Below are positions 1 to 11,004 of a stretch of 42,487 nt of DNA, piece by piece. The stretch spans positions 1 through 42,487 of the forward strand of contig NW_021824667.1 of NCBI RefSeq assembly GCF_006345805.1, written 5' to 3'. How positions within the stretch are numbered: the first letter of the stretch is position 1; each line of letters opens with the position of its first letter. This DNA comes from Octopus sinensis. Taxonomy: Eukaryota. The translations under genes and the position numbers were made by a program. Under the pieces are notes generated by a model. That model was not told where the DNA came from. It worked only from the letters and a program-made list of their open reading frames with translations, and made no database searches.

Positions 1-21
1 GCTTGAGTATGCAAAAACTGT

Positions 22-356
22 TATGGGACCTGTTGCCGTGGATGTAGCAAATAATATTAATAAAGTGAATACGACAGAAGGGAAGCGTGTCGACTAAGAA
101 ATACCTACTACGCATCATGTTGCAGAGTTAAAAATTACAGACACTGTCCTGAATACTGAGAAGAATAACATAGGAAGTGATGAAGAAAACCACGATGAAG
201 ATGTTAATAGATGTAAGGGAAACACTCCCCCCGCCTCCATGAGTTTACTGAGTTGGTGAGCAAAGTAATCAAAGGGATAGAGCAACATAACACCTTTACA
301 GAACAAGAACTAATGAATATACATTAGTTGCTACATCCACGACAACAGGTCCCATA
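22..356 (+). mobile_element. Decayed coding-like fragment bounded by 34-bp inverted repeats (MITE-like, or 5'-inverted retroelement fragment)
   Basis: 22-55 TATGGGACCTGTTGCCGTGGATGTAGCAAATAAT is the reverse complement of 323-356 with 2 mismatches; TA at both outer ends. The interior reads as an interrupted ORF (LEYAKTVMGPVAVDVANNINK...HEFTELVSKVIKGIEQHNTFTEQELMNIH) with one stop and one frameshift. Confidence 0.45.
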
Positions 357-775
357 GGCGCAGGGGTGGCTGTGTGGTAAGTAGCTAGCTTAACAACCAC
401 ATAGTTTCGGGTTCAGTCCCACTGCGTGGCACCTTGGGCAAGTGTCTTCTACTATAGCTTCGGGCCGACCAAAGCCTTGTGAGTGGATTTGGTAGACGGA
501 AACTGAAAGAAGCCCGTCGTATATATGTATGTATATATATATATATATGTATATATGTATATATATTATATGTATGTGTCTGCATATGTTCGTGTGTCTG
601 TGTTTGTCCCCCCCCCCCTGGTGTGTTTACGTCCCCGTAACTTAGCGTTTCGGCAAAACAGACCGATAGAATAAGTACTAGGCTTACAAAGAATAAGTCC
701 TGGGGTCGATTATCTCGACTAAAGGCGGTGCTCCAGCATGGCCGCAGTCAAATGACTGAAACAAGTAAAAGAGTA
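357..775 (+). mobile_element. tRNA-derived composite SINE, family A, full length
   Basis: Head with A-box-like TGGCTGTGTGG and B-box-like GGGTTCAGTCCC, core CACCTTGGGCAAGTGTCTTCT, internal TA/TG microsatellite, tail GGCCGCAGTCAAATGACTGAAACAAGTAAAAGAGTA. Near-identical copies at 18011-18417 and 26268-26672. Confidence 0.92.
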
Positions 776-1243
776 CAAGAAAAGGTCAAAACACATGAAG
801 CAACTGCGATCGGATGAAGAATTTAAAAGGATATTCAAGAATAATGTGGGCTATGCCGCCTTAAATCCGGGAATCCGGGTTATCCTACCCGTCGCATCAA
901 AAATCAAGGATGAAATAATTAACTACGAAACAGCCAATCATCCCCAAAGCGTTCAACTTCCTGACTTTTTGATTAGCTTTACGGTTCCAGTAAAATTCTA
1001 AACTCTGTCAGTTTGAGAAGAGTGAAGTTGCTGAGCACTTTGTAAGTACAGTGATTAATAAATTTATATCTAATTTATGTTTAATAATCTTGTTTAATTA
1101 ATCCTGTTTCACTGATATCGGCGCTCGTACCGTGCAGGATTAATAAATTTGTGTCATTTACGCTGATGTACATCCAATTTTATGCTTTAAAAACATCAGA
1201 AGTATATAATTAGTGTTGAACAAAGATGACCACCCCTGTTTAG

Positions 1244-1425
1244 GAATAGTGGCTAGCCGAAGTTTCGGTTAGCTAACCATCATGTCCAATGATGTATACA
1301 GATACAGTACCGAATTTCAAATACCATTGGGTCCAAACCCAGTGGTATCAGAAATTTGGTACTGTTTCTGTATACATCATTGGACATAATGGTTATCTCG
1401 CCGAAACTTCGGCTAGCCACTATTC
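1244..1425. repeat. 182-bp fold-back palindrome (88-bp arms, 6-nt loop)
   Basis: 1244-1331 pairs with 1338-1425 with about 10 mismatches; loop TCCAAA at 1332-1337. Confidence 0.95.
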
Positions 1426-1494
1426 TTGTTAAAGAATGATAAATTTGTACTCTTCAAAAGTATGGAGTAAACCTTTAGATTTATGTAAAATAGT

Positions 1495-1600
1495 TTTTCT
1501 TGTAAGTAAAGATTGCCGAACCAATATGTTGCGGGAACGTAAACAAACCAACACCGGTTGTCAGGTGGTGTAGTTGGAGGGCAAACACATAAACATACAC
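1495..1600 (-). mobile_element. SINE family A, decayed 3' fragment
   Basis: GCCGAACC...GGGAACGTAAACAAACCAACACCGGTTGTCA resembles the reverse complement of the family A 3' half. Confidence 0.6.
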
Positions 1601-1770
1601 AATTATATACATCGTTGCTATTATGCAAAAGTGTCGTAAGTCCAAAATGTTGCTTTTTCAGAAAGCAAAAAAAATAGTTTCACCTTTCCATAGCAAAACC
1701 GTTGCACTACACTTTGATAATTTTTCATATCTTGGCATCTCAAGCAGCTGGAGATACGATAGCTTGATCA

Positions 1771-1940
1771 ATACTACCTCGTATATATAGATATATACAT
1801 GCACATATATATCCTTGCTATTATGTTAAACTACCGTATGTCCAAATTTGGCCCAATGCATTTTTTCAATATTTTTACAGTTTAACATAATAGCAACGAT
1901 ATATATGTCTATGTATATATCTATATATACGAGGTAGTAT
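1771..1940. repeat. Inverted duplication (62-bp arms) overlapping the mariner left end
   Basis: 1771-1832 is the reverse complement of 1879-1940 with a few mismatches; spacer about 46 bp. Confidence 0.9.
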
Positions 1941-3031
1941 CAAGAGGTTCTCGGCCTAGTTCTGTAGCGCGCCAACAGATGGCAGCATATGGTTGCGTGC
2001 GCAGTGAGAGCTAACACTAACCTTCATGAGGCAGTGTGCCGAGTGACATCGCTGTGCTTTACTTCGCAAATTGTGAAATCTGTGTTTTTGTGATCCCATG
2101 TATGCTGTAGTATGCAATTTTGTCATGGACAGAAACAAAGAGTTGACATTTTGCGTTAAACTTAGGAAGTCTGCTACAGAGACATTGAGCATGTTTGCGA
2201 CAACGAGGCAGTGGGTCGTGGGTAATGTTTCGAGTGGCACGGGTGCCTCAAAAGCGGAAGAACGCCCCTGGAAGACGATGAGCGATCTGGAAAATCTGCC
2301 ACGAGCGTTACCCCTGGAAATGTGGTATTGTGCATCGGGAATTCGTCCCTGGGTCCAGACCTATTTCTTTACTACCACAAGGAGCTAAACACAGAGAGGA
2401 CAAACAAGGATAGACAAACGGATTAAGTCGATTACATCAACCCCAGTGCGTAAGTGGTACTTAATTTATCGACCCCCGAAAGGATGAAAAGCAAAGTCGA
2501 CCTCGGCGGAATTTGAACTCAAAACGTATTCGCCCGGCGTGCTAACGATTGTGCCAGTTCGCCGCAAGACCCGTCAATCGAGTGTTCTACTGCGACGTTT
2601 TGAAGTATTCGAAGGAAGACATCCGGTGAAAGTAATCAGATCTGTGGAGAGTGAAGAATTGGATTCTTTACGACGACAGTGCACCGTTACCGAGCTCTCG
2701 TCACTCGTGAGTTTCTCGCCAAAAAACAACATAGTATCGTTTCCGCACCTGCTCTATTCGCCAGATTTAGCACCTGCGGACTTCCATCTCTTCCCCCAAG
2801 ATGAAAAAGCAGCTCAGAGGTCACCGTTTTAACATCGTCGTCGAGATCCGGAGAGAATCGCAGAAAGTCCTTGACTCACGGCAAATGACTTCCGGACTGG
2901 ATTCCAACAGTGGCAGGAACGCCGGGATCGGTGTATTGCTCCGCAAAGACACCATTTTGAAGGGGATGATGCTAAAAACGTAGGTAATAAGTTATTTTTT
3001 ATTAAAAATAACCAGTCCTGGAACGCTTTGA
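1930..3031 (+). mobile_element. Decayed mariner (DD34D-type) DNA transposon, internally deleted and interrupted by a SINE
   Basis: Starts TA|CGAGGTAGTATCAAGAGGTTC. Frameshifted translation gives FCVKLRKSATETLSM, CFEWH...KSGRTPLEDDERSGK (N-terminus), then TVNRVFYCDVLK, WILYDDSAP, PHLLYSPDLAPADFHLFP, KMKKQLRGHRF, FQQWQERRDRCI...FEGD. Degenerate right TIR ACCAGTCCTGGAACGCTTTGA. Confidence 0.92.
2359..2565 (-). mobile_element. tRNA-derived SINE, family B, nested in the mariner
   Basis: Reverse complement contains GGCGAACTGGCACAATCGTTAGCACGCC, GAGTTCAAATTCCGCCGAGGTCGACTTTGC and CATCCTTTCGGGGGTCGATAAATTAAGTACC, shared with the other family B copies. Confidence 0.9.
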
Positions 3032-3090
3032 GTGTGTGTGCGTGTGCTTGAGTGTGTGTATGTGTGGTGTGTGTGTGTGTGTGTGTGTGT

Positions 3091-3230
3091 GTAGAACGAG
3101 CTTTCTCACAGTTTCCGTAAACCAAATTCTCTCACAAGGGCATTGGTCGTCCTGGGCCTATAGTAGAAGACACTAGTCCGAGATGCTGAGCAGAGGGATC
3201 GAAACCGAAACCACGTGGTTGCAAAACTTC
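3091..3230 (-). mobile_element. SINE family A, decayed 5' half
   Basis: CAGTTTCCG...CAAATTC...CACAAGG...TATAGTAGAAGACAC...GAAACCACGTGGTTG matches the reverse complement of the family A head and core. Confidence 0.7.
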
Positions 3231-3770
3231 CATCACCATATTCACTCATCACCCCCATCACCTCTACCAACAACAAAGTTAATGCCATTTCACCAAGGTA
3301 ACGCTGGCCATCACGTGGCATTGTCACGTGAAAAGTAAGCGAGCTTGAACAGAACACATTATCAGATTGTCTGTCTGATAATGTAAAGTATTGTGCGTGT
3401 TCGTTCACTTGTGTGTGTGTGGCTGAATGAGCGTGTGGTGTGTGCAGGTGCGTGAGTGTGTGTTACGTTTTCAGTTTTATTGAGAAGTTTATCAAAGTGT
3501 GGTTAATAACATTCCCAGCTAAGACAAACGTTTATCAGTATAGCATATATTCTGACAAGTTATTACTCATCTATGTTGATATACTTGGAAGAGAGGAAAT
3601 AAATCGATTGATTCATTGATCAATAGATGATAATTCATGGTTGATTGAAGCCGACATAGAATCCGCTTTATATTTCACAAAATAGACCCCACCACTCATA
3701 TTGATGGACTATAAAATAAGATCAGTATGTATTCAGGAACGCAAGCACTATATATTGATATATATATATA

Positions 3771-3990
3771 TGCGGTGGGATACTGTAAAATTCTTGGCTT
3801 TGGATAAAAGAAAATACAGGAGAACCAGTTAATTATGATTTTATTCAACATGTTCCCCTCTCTAATTATTACATTTATTGCGGCGGTCCTTCTGTTTATC
3901 TAAGCCCTGTAAAAGACCTCGGATGGTTGGGCCTATAATCAGGCCTTTCGTTACACCCTTAAAGCCAGGAACTTTTCAGACATCCCTTCA
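3771..3990 (-). mobile_element. Mariner-derived non-autonomous element (MITE-like deletion derivative)
   Basis: Flanked by TA. Imperfect TIRs (TGTAAAATTCTTGGCTTT / AAAGCCAGGAACTTTTCAG). Minus strand encodes a mariner-like C-terminus QGLDKQKDRRNKCNN*RGEHVE*. Confidence 0.75.
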
Positions 3991-3995
3991 TATGT

Positions 3996-4116
3996 AGGCA
4001 GAAGCTGGCAGAGTCGTTAGCACAGCGGTCGAAATACTTAGCAGCATTTCGTACGTCTTTACGTTCTGAGTTCAAATTCCATCGAGTTCGACTTTGCCTT
4101 TCAGCCTTTCGGGGTC
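3996..4116 (+). mobile_element. SINE family B, 3'-truncated
   Basis: GCTGGCAGAGTCGTTAGCAC...TTCTGAGTTCAAATTCC...GACTTTGCCTTTCAGCCTTTCGGGGTC. Confidence 0.85.
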
Positions 4117-4930
4117 TAGCATTGTATGAGAGTACATACTTAATGCGGAGTACACACTGAATGCGCTCTGCGTTTTAAAAGTTGGTAGATTTGGCTGCTG
4201 TTTTCAGCAGAACATATGGTCGTCTATATCGATGATTCGTCCTAAAGGTGCTTAGGTTTAACTAAAAGAGTATCCATCCATCCATCCATCCCACCCCCAC
4301 ACACAGAACGTAGGAACTTGCACTTATTTTTCTTAGATAATGCAAGAAATTGTAATGAAGTGAAATGTTATCAACATAATATAGAGAAAATTTCAAAATG
4401 TTCAAAATAATGTGTGACATAGCTGTGCACCACCAACAGGTTTTTTATAGCCAATTAACTAGATGGCATCGTCTGAAAAGATCATAAATAATTTAATATA
4501 CGTTATAATTGTCTTGATGACACGAATACATCATTTCCAAAGACAGCCTCCCACACGACTAAAGACTGAAATATGAGGATTTACATATAAAAGTTGGCAG
4601 AATGTTGGGCATTAATTCATTGCCACTTATTTTCATGACAGCTCGAGTATAGCAGCAGCAACAACAATTACAGCAACGAAAGCGACAACAGCAACATCAA
4701 CAACAACAACAACGACAACAACAACAACAATAAGGTCTAGAGTAATCGATTGCTCCTTGTCCAAAACGAGCTTTATCCTCCCTGCATTTCTCTACCAGGG
4801 TAGATCTGTAAGAAAGACACCTTATGTGTCGGAAGGCATTCAACCCTATAGTGCACACATAAGTTAAACCTCTCTTAAAGCCCTTTCCTCTCCATCGAAT
4901 TTACCACAACGCAGACTTACATGATCAGCA

Positions 4931-5061
4931 TACAATGACCTCTTCTTAAGAGAATGGCCTTTCTACTTACCTGAAACGAAGCGATCTAGATCTAACGCCG
5001 ATCCACGCCAAACACTTCAGTCTCACGTTTTCTTTCCTATATTAGTATAAATCCTGATCTT
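4931..5061 (+). repeat. 131-bp direct repeat, copy 1 (copy 2 at 5949-6079)
   Basis: TACAATGACCTCTTCTTAAGAGAATGGC...CCTATATTAGTATAAATCCTGATCTT occurs twice. Confidence 0.95.
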
Positions 5062-5640
5062 TGGCCCATTCCCAAGAGACGCAACACTTTCAACAACTTG
5101 CACACAGTTACACCTCCAAAGTGACAGGATCAGCCATCAGCTACCACCTTTTAATCACGAACCTTTCTCTACTCAATAACCACCAGTGGAGCCTCCAATA
5201 AACCATATATGCTCCTGACAAATTAGGTGAAAGCAGTGTTCATCTTACCAGCAAAGCTTTCGACCTTGTCTGACACAAGAATTTGGCAAAAATTTCCCAC
5301 CTATGAATTCCAATCAATGCTTGCTTCTTGGTTCGTACCATTGATAGAAGTTTCTCTGATTTACATTCGATTGACACTGTCGTGTTAGACGGTTCGGGTT
5401 TATCCCTCATTCTCTTCGTACATATCAATCACCTTCTTAACATCACCTCAAATATTTCCATTCCTTGCTTTACGAACATCGCTACTCTGAAATCTCCTTC
5501 TTGTACAAATAGTTCTTTTTTGTTTCTTTCTGGAGTCACCGACTCGCTTCTGCTTGTGTGGAAAGTTAATTGCATCGATGTCGCCGGTCTTGGAGGTTCT
5601 TCCAAGAACACGGGCTCTGCACTTACACCAGACCAAATCA
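4990..5640 (+). pseudogene. Highly decayed non-LTR retrotransposon reverse transcriptase (CR1/L2/Jockey-like)
   Basis: Broken frames give WPIPKR (cf. QPIPKKG), SKAFDLV*HKNL (cf. SKAFDRVWH), GLSLILFVHINHLLNITSN (cf. GSVLSPTLFLLFINDLL) and TPDQ. Boundaries approximate. Confidence 0.65.
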
Positions 5641-5948
5641 ATAACACAAGAACGACGACAATAACAAAAACAAAAACAACACTGAAAAAGCACCACTACC
5701 ACCACTATCAAGACAACAGCAGCGGTAGCAACAACAGCAACAACAGCAACAACAACGTGACAATACAGGATCCTTCAATCCAATATAGATTTTCTTATAA
5801 AAACCTCAAAATCTTTTAGCAGTAGCTCAGTCAGAAGAGCAAGAACATTGCCTATGAAACTTTTTTCAAGATGTCTGCGACTCCATGCTTTCGTTTATAT
5901 GTGCACATGTCGATGCCTTTGTGTGTGTGGTGTGTGTGTGTGTCAGTA

Positions 5949-6079
5949 TACAATGACCTCTTCTTAAGAGAATGGCATTTCTACATCTCTGGAATGAGGT
6001 GATCTAGATCTAACGCCGATCCACGCCAAACACTTCAGTCTCACGTTTTCTTTCCTATATTAGTATAAATCCTGATCTT
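5949..6079 (+). repeat. 131-bp direct repeat, copy 2
   Basis: Identical to 4931-5061 except for a central patch of about 25 nt with clustered substitutions. Confidence 0.95.
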
Positions 6080-6089
6080 GTGTTTTCTT

Positions 6090-6280
6090 TTTCTCGTCAC
6101 CGTTTGACGAATAGCATTGGCTTGTTTACGATCGATAACTTAGCGGTTCGACAAAAAGGTACGATAGAGTAAGTATCAGACTTCAACGTAAGTACTTCAG
6201 TCGAACTGGATTTGTTCGTCAAAGCCATTCAAGGTGGTGCCCCAGCATGGCCGCAGTCCAGTGACTGGAACAAGTGCAAG
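6090..6280 (+). mobile_element. SINE family A, decayed 3' half
   Basis: AACTTAGCGGTTCGACAAAA...GATAGAGTAAGTA...GGTGGTGCCCCAGCATGGCCGCAGTC...GACTGGAACAAGT. Confidence 0.75.
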
Positions 6281-6799
6281 AAGATGAAAGAGGCAGAAGT
6301 CACGAACATTCTTTTCTGTAACTTATTCTCTCTCAGAAATACGAAATGTTTAATAACTCTCCTTCATTCTTTCACGCACACACAGACGCACACACGCGCA
6401 CACACACACGCACACACATAAACGTTTACCGTATACACACACATGCATAGTAATGCTACGAGGAATTTTGCATATTTATATATATATTGAAGGGAACAAT
6501 GCCAAAATAATTAGGATTTCTAATAAGAATCCGGTACAGCAAAATAGACAAAACAAAATACAAACAAGAAAAAAATATACATATGCATAGATACATACAT
6601 ATACACATACATACACATTTAGATACATGCATACATATATAGACAAACACACAGATACAGACTGAAAAGTAAGACATAGGCCAGGAAGTAAATACTAAGA
6701 ATATTCATTGACATTACTCTGAGTTTCTCGAGTATTGCTCATCAGGAAACTAAAATTAGATACGTGACCGTTGACAGTCGCAGAACTCCCGCCTACAAT

Positions 6800-7485
6800 A
6801 TGTGTGTGTGTGTGTGTGTGTGTGTGTATAAATATACATATATATACTTGTGTGTATGTATATCATATATATGTGTATATACATATACGTGTTTGTGTGT
6901 CTGCATGTGATTATATGTATATGTATGTATACATATATATATACATTCAAATATATGCACACCCACATACACATACTTACACAAACACATATATGTGTAT
7001 GTGTGCATGTATGTATATATGGATATATGAATAATATCGTATAAATACATGCATATAATATATATATATATATATACACACGTATAAGAAGGCGGAATAT
7101 TTACATGGAATCTGAAGCAGCTGTTTCATGGCTGGATGAACATCCAAGACCTCCTGTATCTAGTTGTTCCATATGCATGCATGTATGTATGTATGTATGT
7201 ATGTATGTATGTATGTATGTATGTATGTATGTATGTATGTATGTATGCATGTATGTATTTAAAGTATATAAGATATATATATATATCTTCTTAACACCCA
7301 GAAACGCATGCAAACGTACATACTGTCAGTCAACACGTTCACACACACACACACACAAACATATACACCCACACACACCCACACTTACACACACACAAGC
7401 AAATACACACACTTATGCACGCGCACGCGCACTAACAAAGAAATTTACATACGAATACAGATGTATTCAGATCCACACAAAATAC

Positions 7486-7536
<51 letters not shown>

Positions 7537-7551
7537 CATATATATATATAC

Positions 7552-7605
<54 letters not shown>

Positions 7606-7870
7606 ATATGCGTACACAAACACATTTGCACACGGAGTGCAAGAGAGTGAGACGCTCTGCCATCACGTTGATAGAATATCGTTTCCGATGAAAGTCTCTG
7701 ATGAATTTAAACGCCATTACCACTCCCCCAAAATGACATGTATGTAACTTGGCACATACACATAGGCCTTCCCCACTTACACACTCACATACATACACAC
7801 ACACACATATATATATATGTATATATATATGTATATATACATATATATATAATTATATATATATATATGT
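6800..7870. repeat. Compound microsatellite field: (TG)n, (TA)n, (TATG)n, (CA)n, with short unique islands
   Basis: Read directly from the sequence. Confidence 0.95.
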
Positions 7871-7898
7871 TATACAAGAATCCAAGTAAGCCATTGTT

Positions 7899-7944
7899 TG
7901 ACTGCAGTCTGATGATGTCTTCGCTTGCCGAAACTCTACAGTCA
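7899..7944 (+). ncRNA. Degenerate minimal hammerhead-ribozyme-like motif
   Basis: TGACTGCAGT-CTGATGA-T-GTCTTCGCTTGCC-GAAAC-T-CTACAGTCA. Intact CUGAUGA and GAAAC; flanks pair (TGACTGCAG/CTACAGTCA); stem II has a mismatch; stem III and cleavage triplet appear deleted. Confidence 0.5.
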
Positions 7945-8009
7945 TTATCAACAACATTCTATAATAATAATAATGATGATGATGATGATGATAATAATGA
8001 TAATAATAA

Positions 8010-8043
<34 letters not shown>

Positions 8044-8177
8044 TAATAAATTTGTATCTACAAAATATAGAAACCTATCAGAATAGTGATGAAAATTATT
8101 ATTATAACTGAATATAGAAACAACACAAACATATACATACATACATGATACATGTATGCATGTATATAGTATAATAG

Positions 8178-8252
<75 letters not shown>

Positions 8253-8301
8253 CATACATGCATATATGAGTAGAAGACGTCACCAATGGTGCAAATGACA
8301 T

Positions 8302-8640
8302 AAATACATAAAGAAACGAGGGAAAAACGAGTGAATTACATAAACAACGAAAAAGAAAGTGGAAAACAGTACAAGTTAGCACAGAGAGAGGACCCTTCAT
8401 CAGTTGTTGGCTGTCTGTCTACTCCTCATTTCGAGCATTCAACGACAATATGAGTCTTCAAAGGTAGCTGCTCCCATAAATTTGGAAGACATATTGTCGT
8501 TGAATGTTCGAAATGAGGAGTAGACGGACAGCCGACAACTGATGAAGGGTCCTCTCTCTGTGTTCACTTGTACTGTTTTCCACTTTCTTTCTCGTTGTTT
8601 ATGTAATTCACTCGTTTTCCCCTCGTTTGTTTACGTATTT
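8302..8640. repeat. ~340-bp fold-back palindrome (arms ~157 bp, loop ~25 nt)
   Basis: 8302-8459 pairs with 8485-8640 with scattered mismatches. The ORF track shows the same peptide start MKGPLSV on both strands (8400 minus, 8542 plus). Confidence 0.95.
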
Positions 8641-8756
8641 CATGCTACTTACACCGTTGGTGATGTTCTATACCCATATATTTGTGTGTATATATATATA
8701 ATATTATTTATTATTTATTATTCAGTTGAACGCGACGCATCCATTTCCAAGTATAT

Positions 8757-8798
<42 letters not shown>

Positions 8799-8947
8799 TA
8801 TATATATATACACGCAACCATCCATCCATACATTTATTATCTATCTACCTACCTATCTATCTATCTCTTTCTCTCTCTCTCTCTCGGTATGTATATATAT
8901 ATATATATATCATATCCATGAACAAACTCTCAGAAACACTCACTTAT

Positions 8948-8988
<41 letters not shown>

Positions 8989-9169
8989 GAGAGGGAGAGA
9001 TAAAGTGAAAGAAGGGAAGAGAAGGAGAGTGAGAAAACAAAGCTGGAGTGTTTGTTCAGATAATTTTTCTAATAGCACCGTTTCTGTAAAAGTGCAAATT
9101 TGATTTACGTTATGCAACTTCATGTAATTATTACTGTTTTACAGAAATACGTGTACGTGTGTGTATACA

Positions 9170-9176
9170 CCTATAC

Positions 9177-9214
<38 letters not shown>

Positions 9215-9291
9215 GCTATCTATCTATATATCTATCTATCTATCTATCTATCTATTCCATCTATCTATATCTATCTATCTATCTATCCATT

Positions 9292-9329
<38 letters not shown>

Positions 9330-9399
9330 TTCATCTATCCATCTATCTATCTATCTATCTATCTTATATTTATCTATCTATCTATCTATCTATCTATCC

Positions 9400-9435
<36 letters not shown>

Positions 9436-9436
9436 C

Positions 9437-9473
<37 letters not shown>

Positions 9474-9518
9474 AATCTATCTATCTATCTACTATCTATA
9501 TTATCTATCTATCTATCC

Positions 9519-9580
<62 letters not shown>
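9170..9580. repeat. (TATC)n tetranucleotide array
   Basis: About 100 imperfect TATC units. Confidence 0.97.
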
Positions 9581-10207
9581 AAAGAAAGAAATGGGCTAAG
9601 GAGATGTCAGAAAAATCCAATTCATTTTGGGATAGAGTGATTTTTGTTAGATGAATCCAGATTTGCATTATTTTCAGACGGTGGGCGTGTTTGAGTCTGA
9701 AGGCTTCCCAATCAAGAATTTGATTTGAAACAACTCCAATCAACTGTGAAACATGGCGGTATCTCTGTAATGGTATGGGGAGCTGTCGCCAGCAATGGTT
9801 GTTCTGAGCTGATCGAATGTTTTGGAACGATAAACTCTGGAAAATACATCGTAATACTTAAGCAAGGACTACTTCGATGTATTCACATGATAGCATAACG
9901 AGAAATTAGATTTTACCGCACAGCGAAAAGTAATCAACAATGGCTGACTGAAAATGGGATCAAAAAGCTTCCTTGGCCAAGCCAAGCCAATCTCCTGACA
10001 TGAACGCAATTGAAAATCTTTGGGAACATACTAGATAGAGCTGTATGAAAACATCGACAGAAAACCTAAATCTACAAGATGAATTGCTTCGATTGTTGCG
10101 AAAAAGGGGCAGAAATTCCAACAAGAGACAATCACAAAGCTCATCAGTTCAATGCCAAAAACAGTTTCTGAATTAAAACTGCAAAGGGAAAGTCAACTAA
10201 ATACCAA
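9581..10207 (+). mobile_element. Decayed Tc1-family transposase fragment (DD34E-type), 5'-truncated
   Basis: [82 protein letters not shown]...TAKGKSTKY, with frameshifts and stops. The region of the second catalytic Asp is lost. Confidence 0.93.
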
Positions 10208-10314
10208 AGTATGTAGTCCTACCTATCGATTACAATTCAAATGTTCGCTTTGCGTATTAAATAAAAGATTTTGAAAATTAAAGGTGTCTGTTTACTTCCT
10301 GCATGTCTGTGTGT

Positions 10315-10356
<42 letters not shown>

Positions 10357-10973
10357 GTGTGTGTGTGTATATGTGCCGTATGTGTGAGTGCATTGTCGCA
10401 AATATAAGAGTTCCTTCTGTAACACTGAATGGAAACGAAATAATTCAATGCTTAGTTATAGTTTTCGTGGGTATTGCGGGTATGAGTCACATCTTTGCAG
10501 CATCTGGAAAGTGAAGTGGATTTGTCAAGAAATTAAGGGTACAACAAAGTACTCCATAAATCTCTCCCTCTCTACCCCCGTCTCTCTCTCCTTTCCCCCC
10601 TCTCTCTCTCTCTTTGTCTCTCTGTATATAAACACATACACATACGTGTATACAGTAGTGTTTTTGTAATATTTATGTTCGAATGACTATATGCAAATAT
10701 CACAATGCATGCGTGTCTATGCGTTTATGCATGTATGTGAGAGGGTTTATGTGTTTATGTGGGTATTTTGAGTTACTTATATTTCTGTATGTGAGTGTGT
10801 GTGTAGATACGTGCGCCTGTGTATTTATATGCATATGTCTGGGTACGTGTCTATTTGCGTCTATATGTATCTGTGTCAGTCTCTTTGGATACGGGTATTT
10901 CATTGTATGCTCCTCTGCCTCTTTGTGTGTGTGTGTATGTGCATGCGTATGCATGTGAGTGTGTGTGTGTGTA

Positions 10974-11004
<31 letters not shown>

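Noticed and set aside
1244-1425. GGTTA/TAACC-GAAAC as a hammerhead half inside the hairpin
   Set aside because: No CUGANGA core and no pairing stem III or NUH site.
7105-7175. MESEAAVSWLDEHP, faintly like the phosphodiesterase N-terminal EAWLDDH motif
   Set aside because: Too short, similarity stops immediately, there are no usable splice sites, and the ORF continues into microsatellite.
8505-8555. Possible type II hammerhead (GAAA upstream of CTGATGA) in the palindrome arm
   Set aside because: Stems I and III cannot form and stem II would be mostly G.U pairs.
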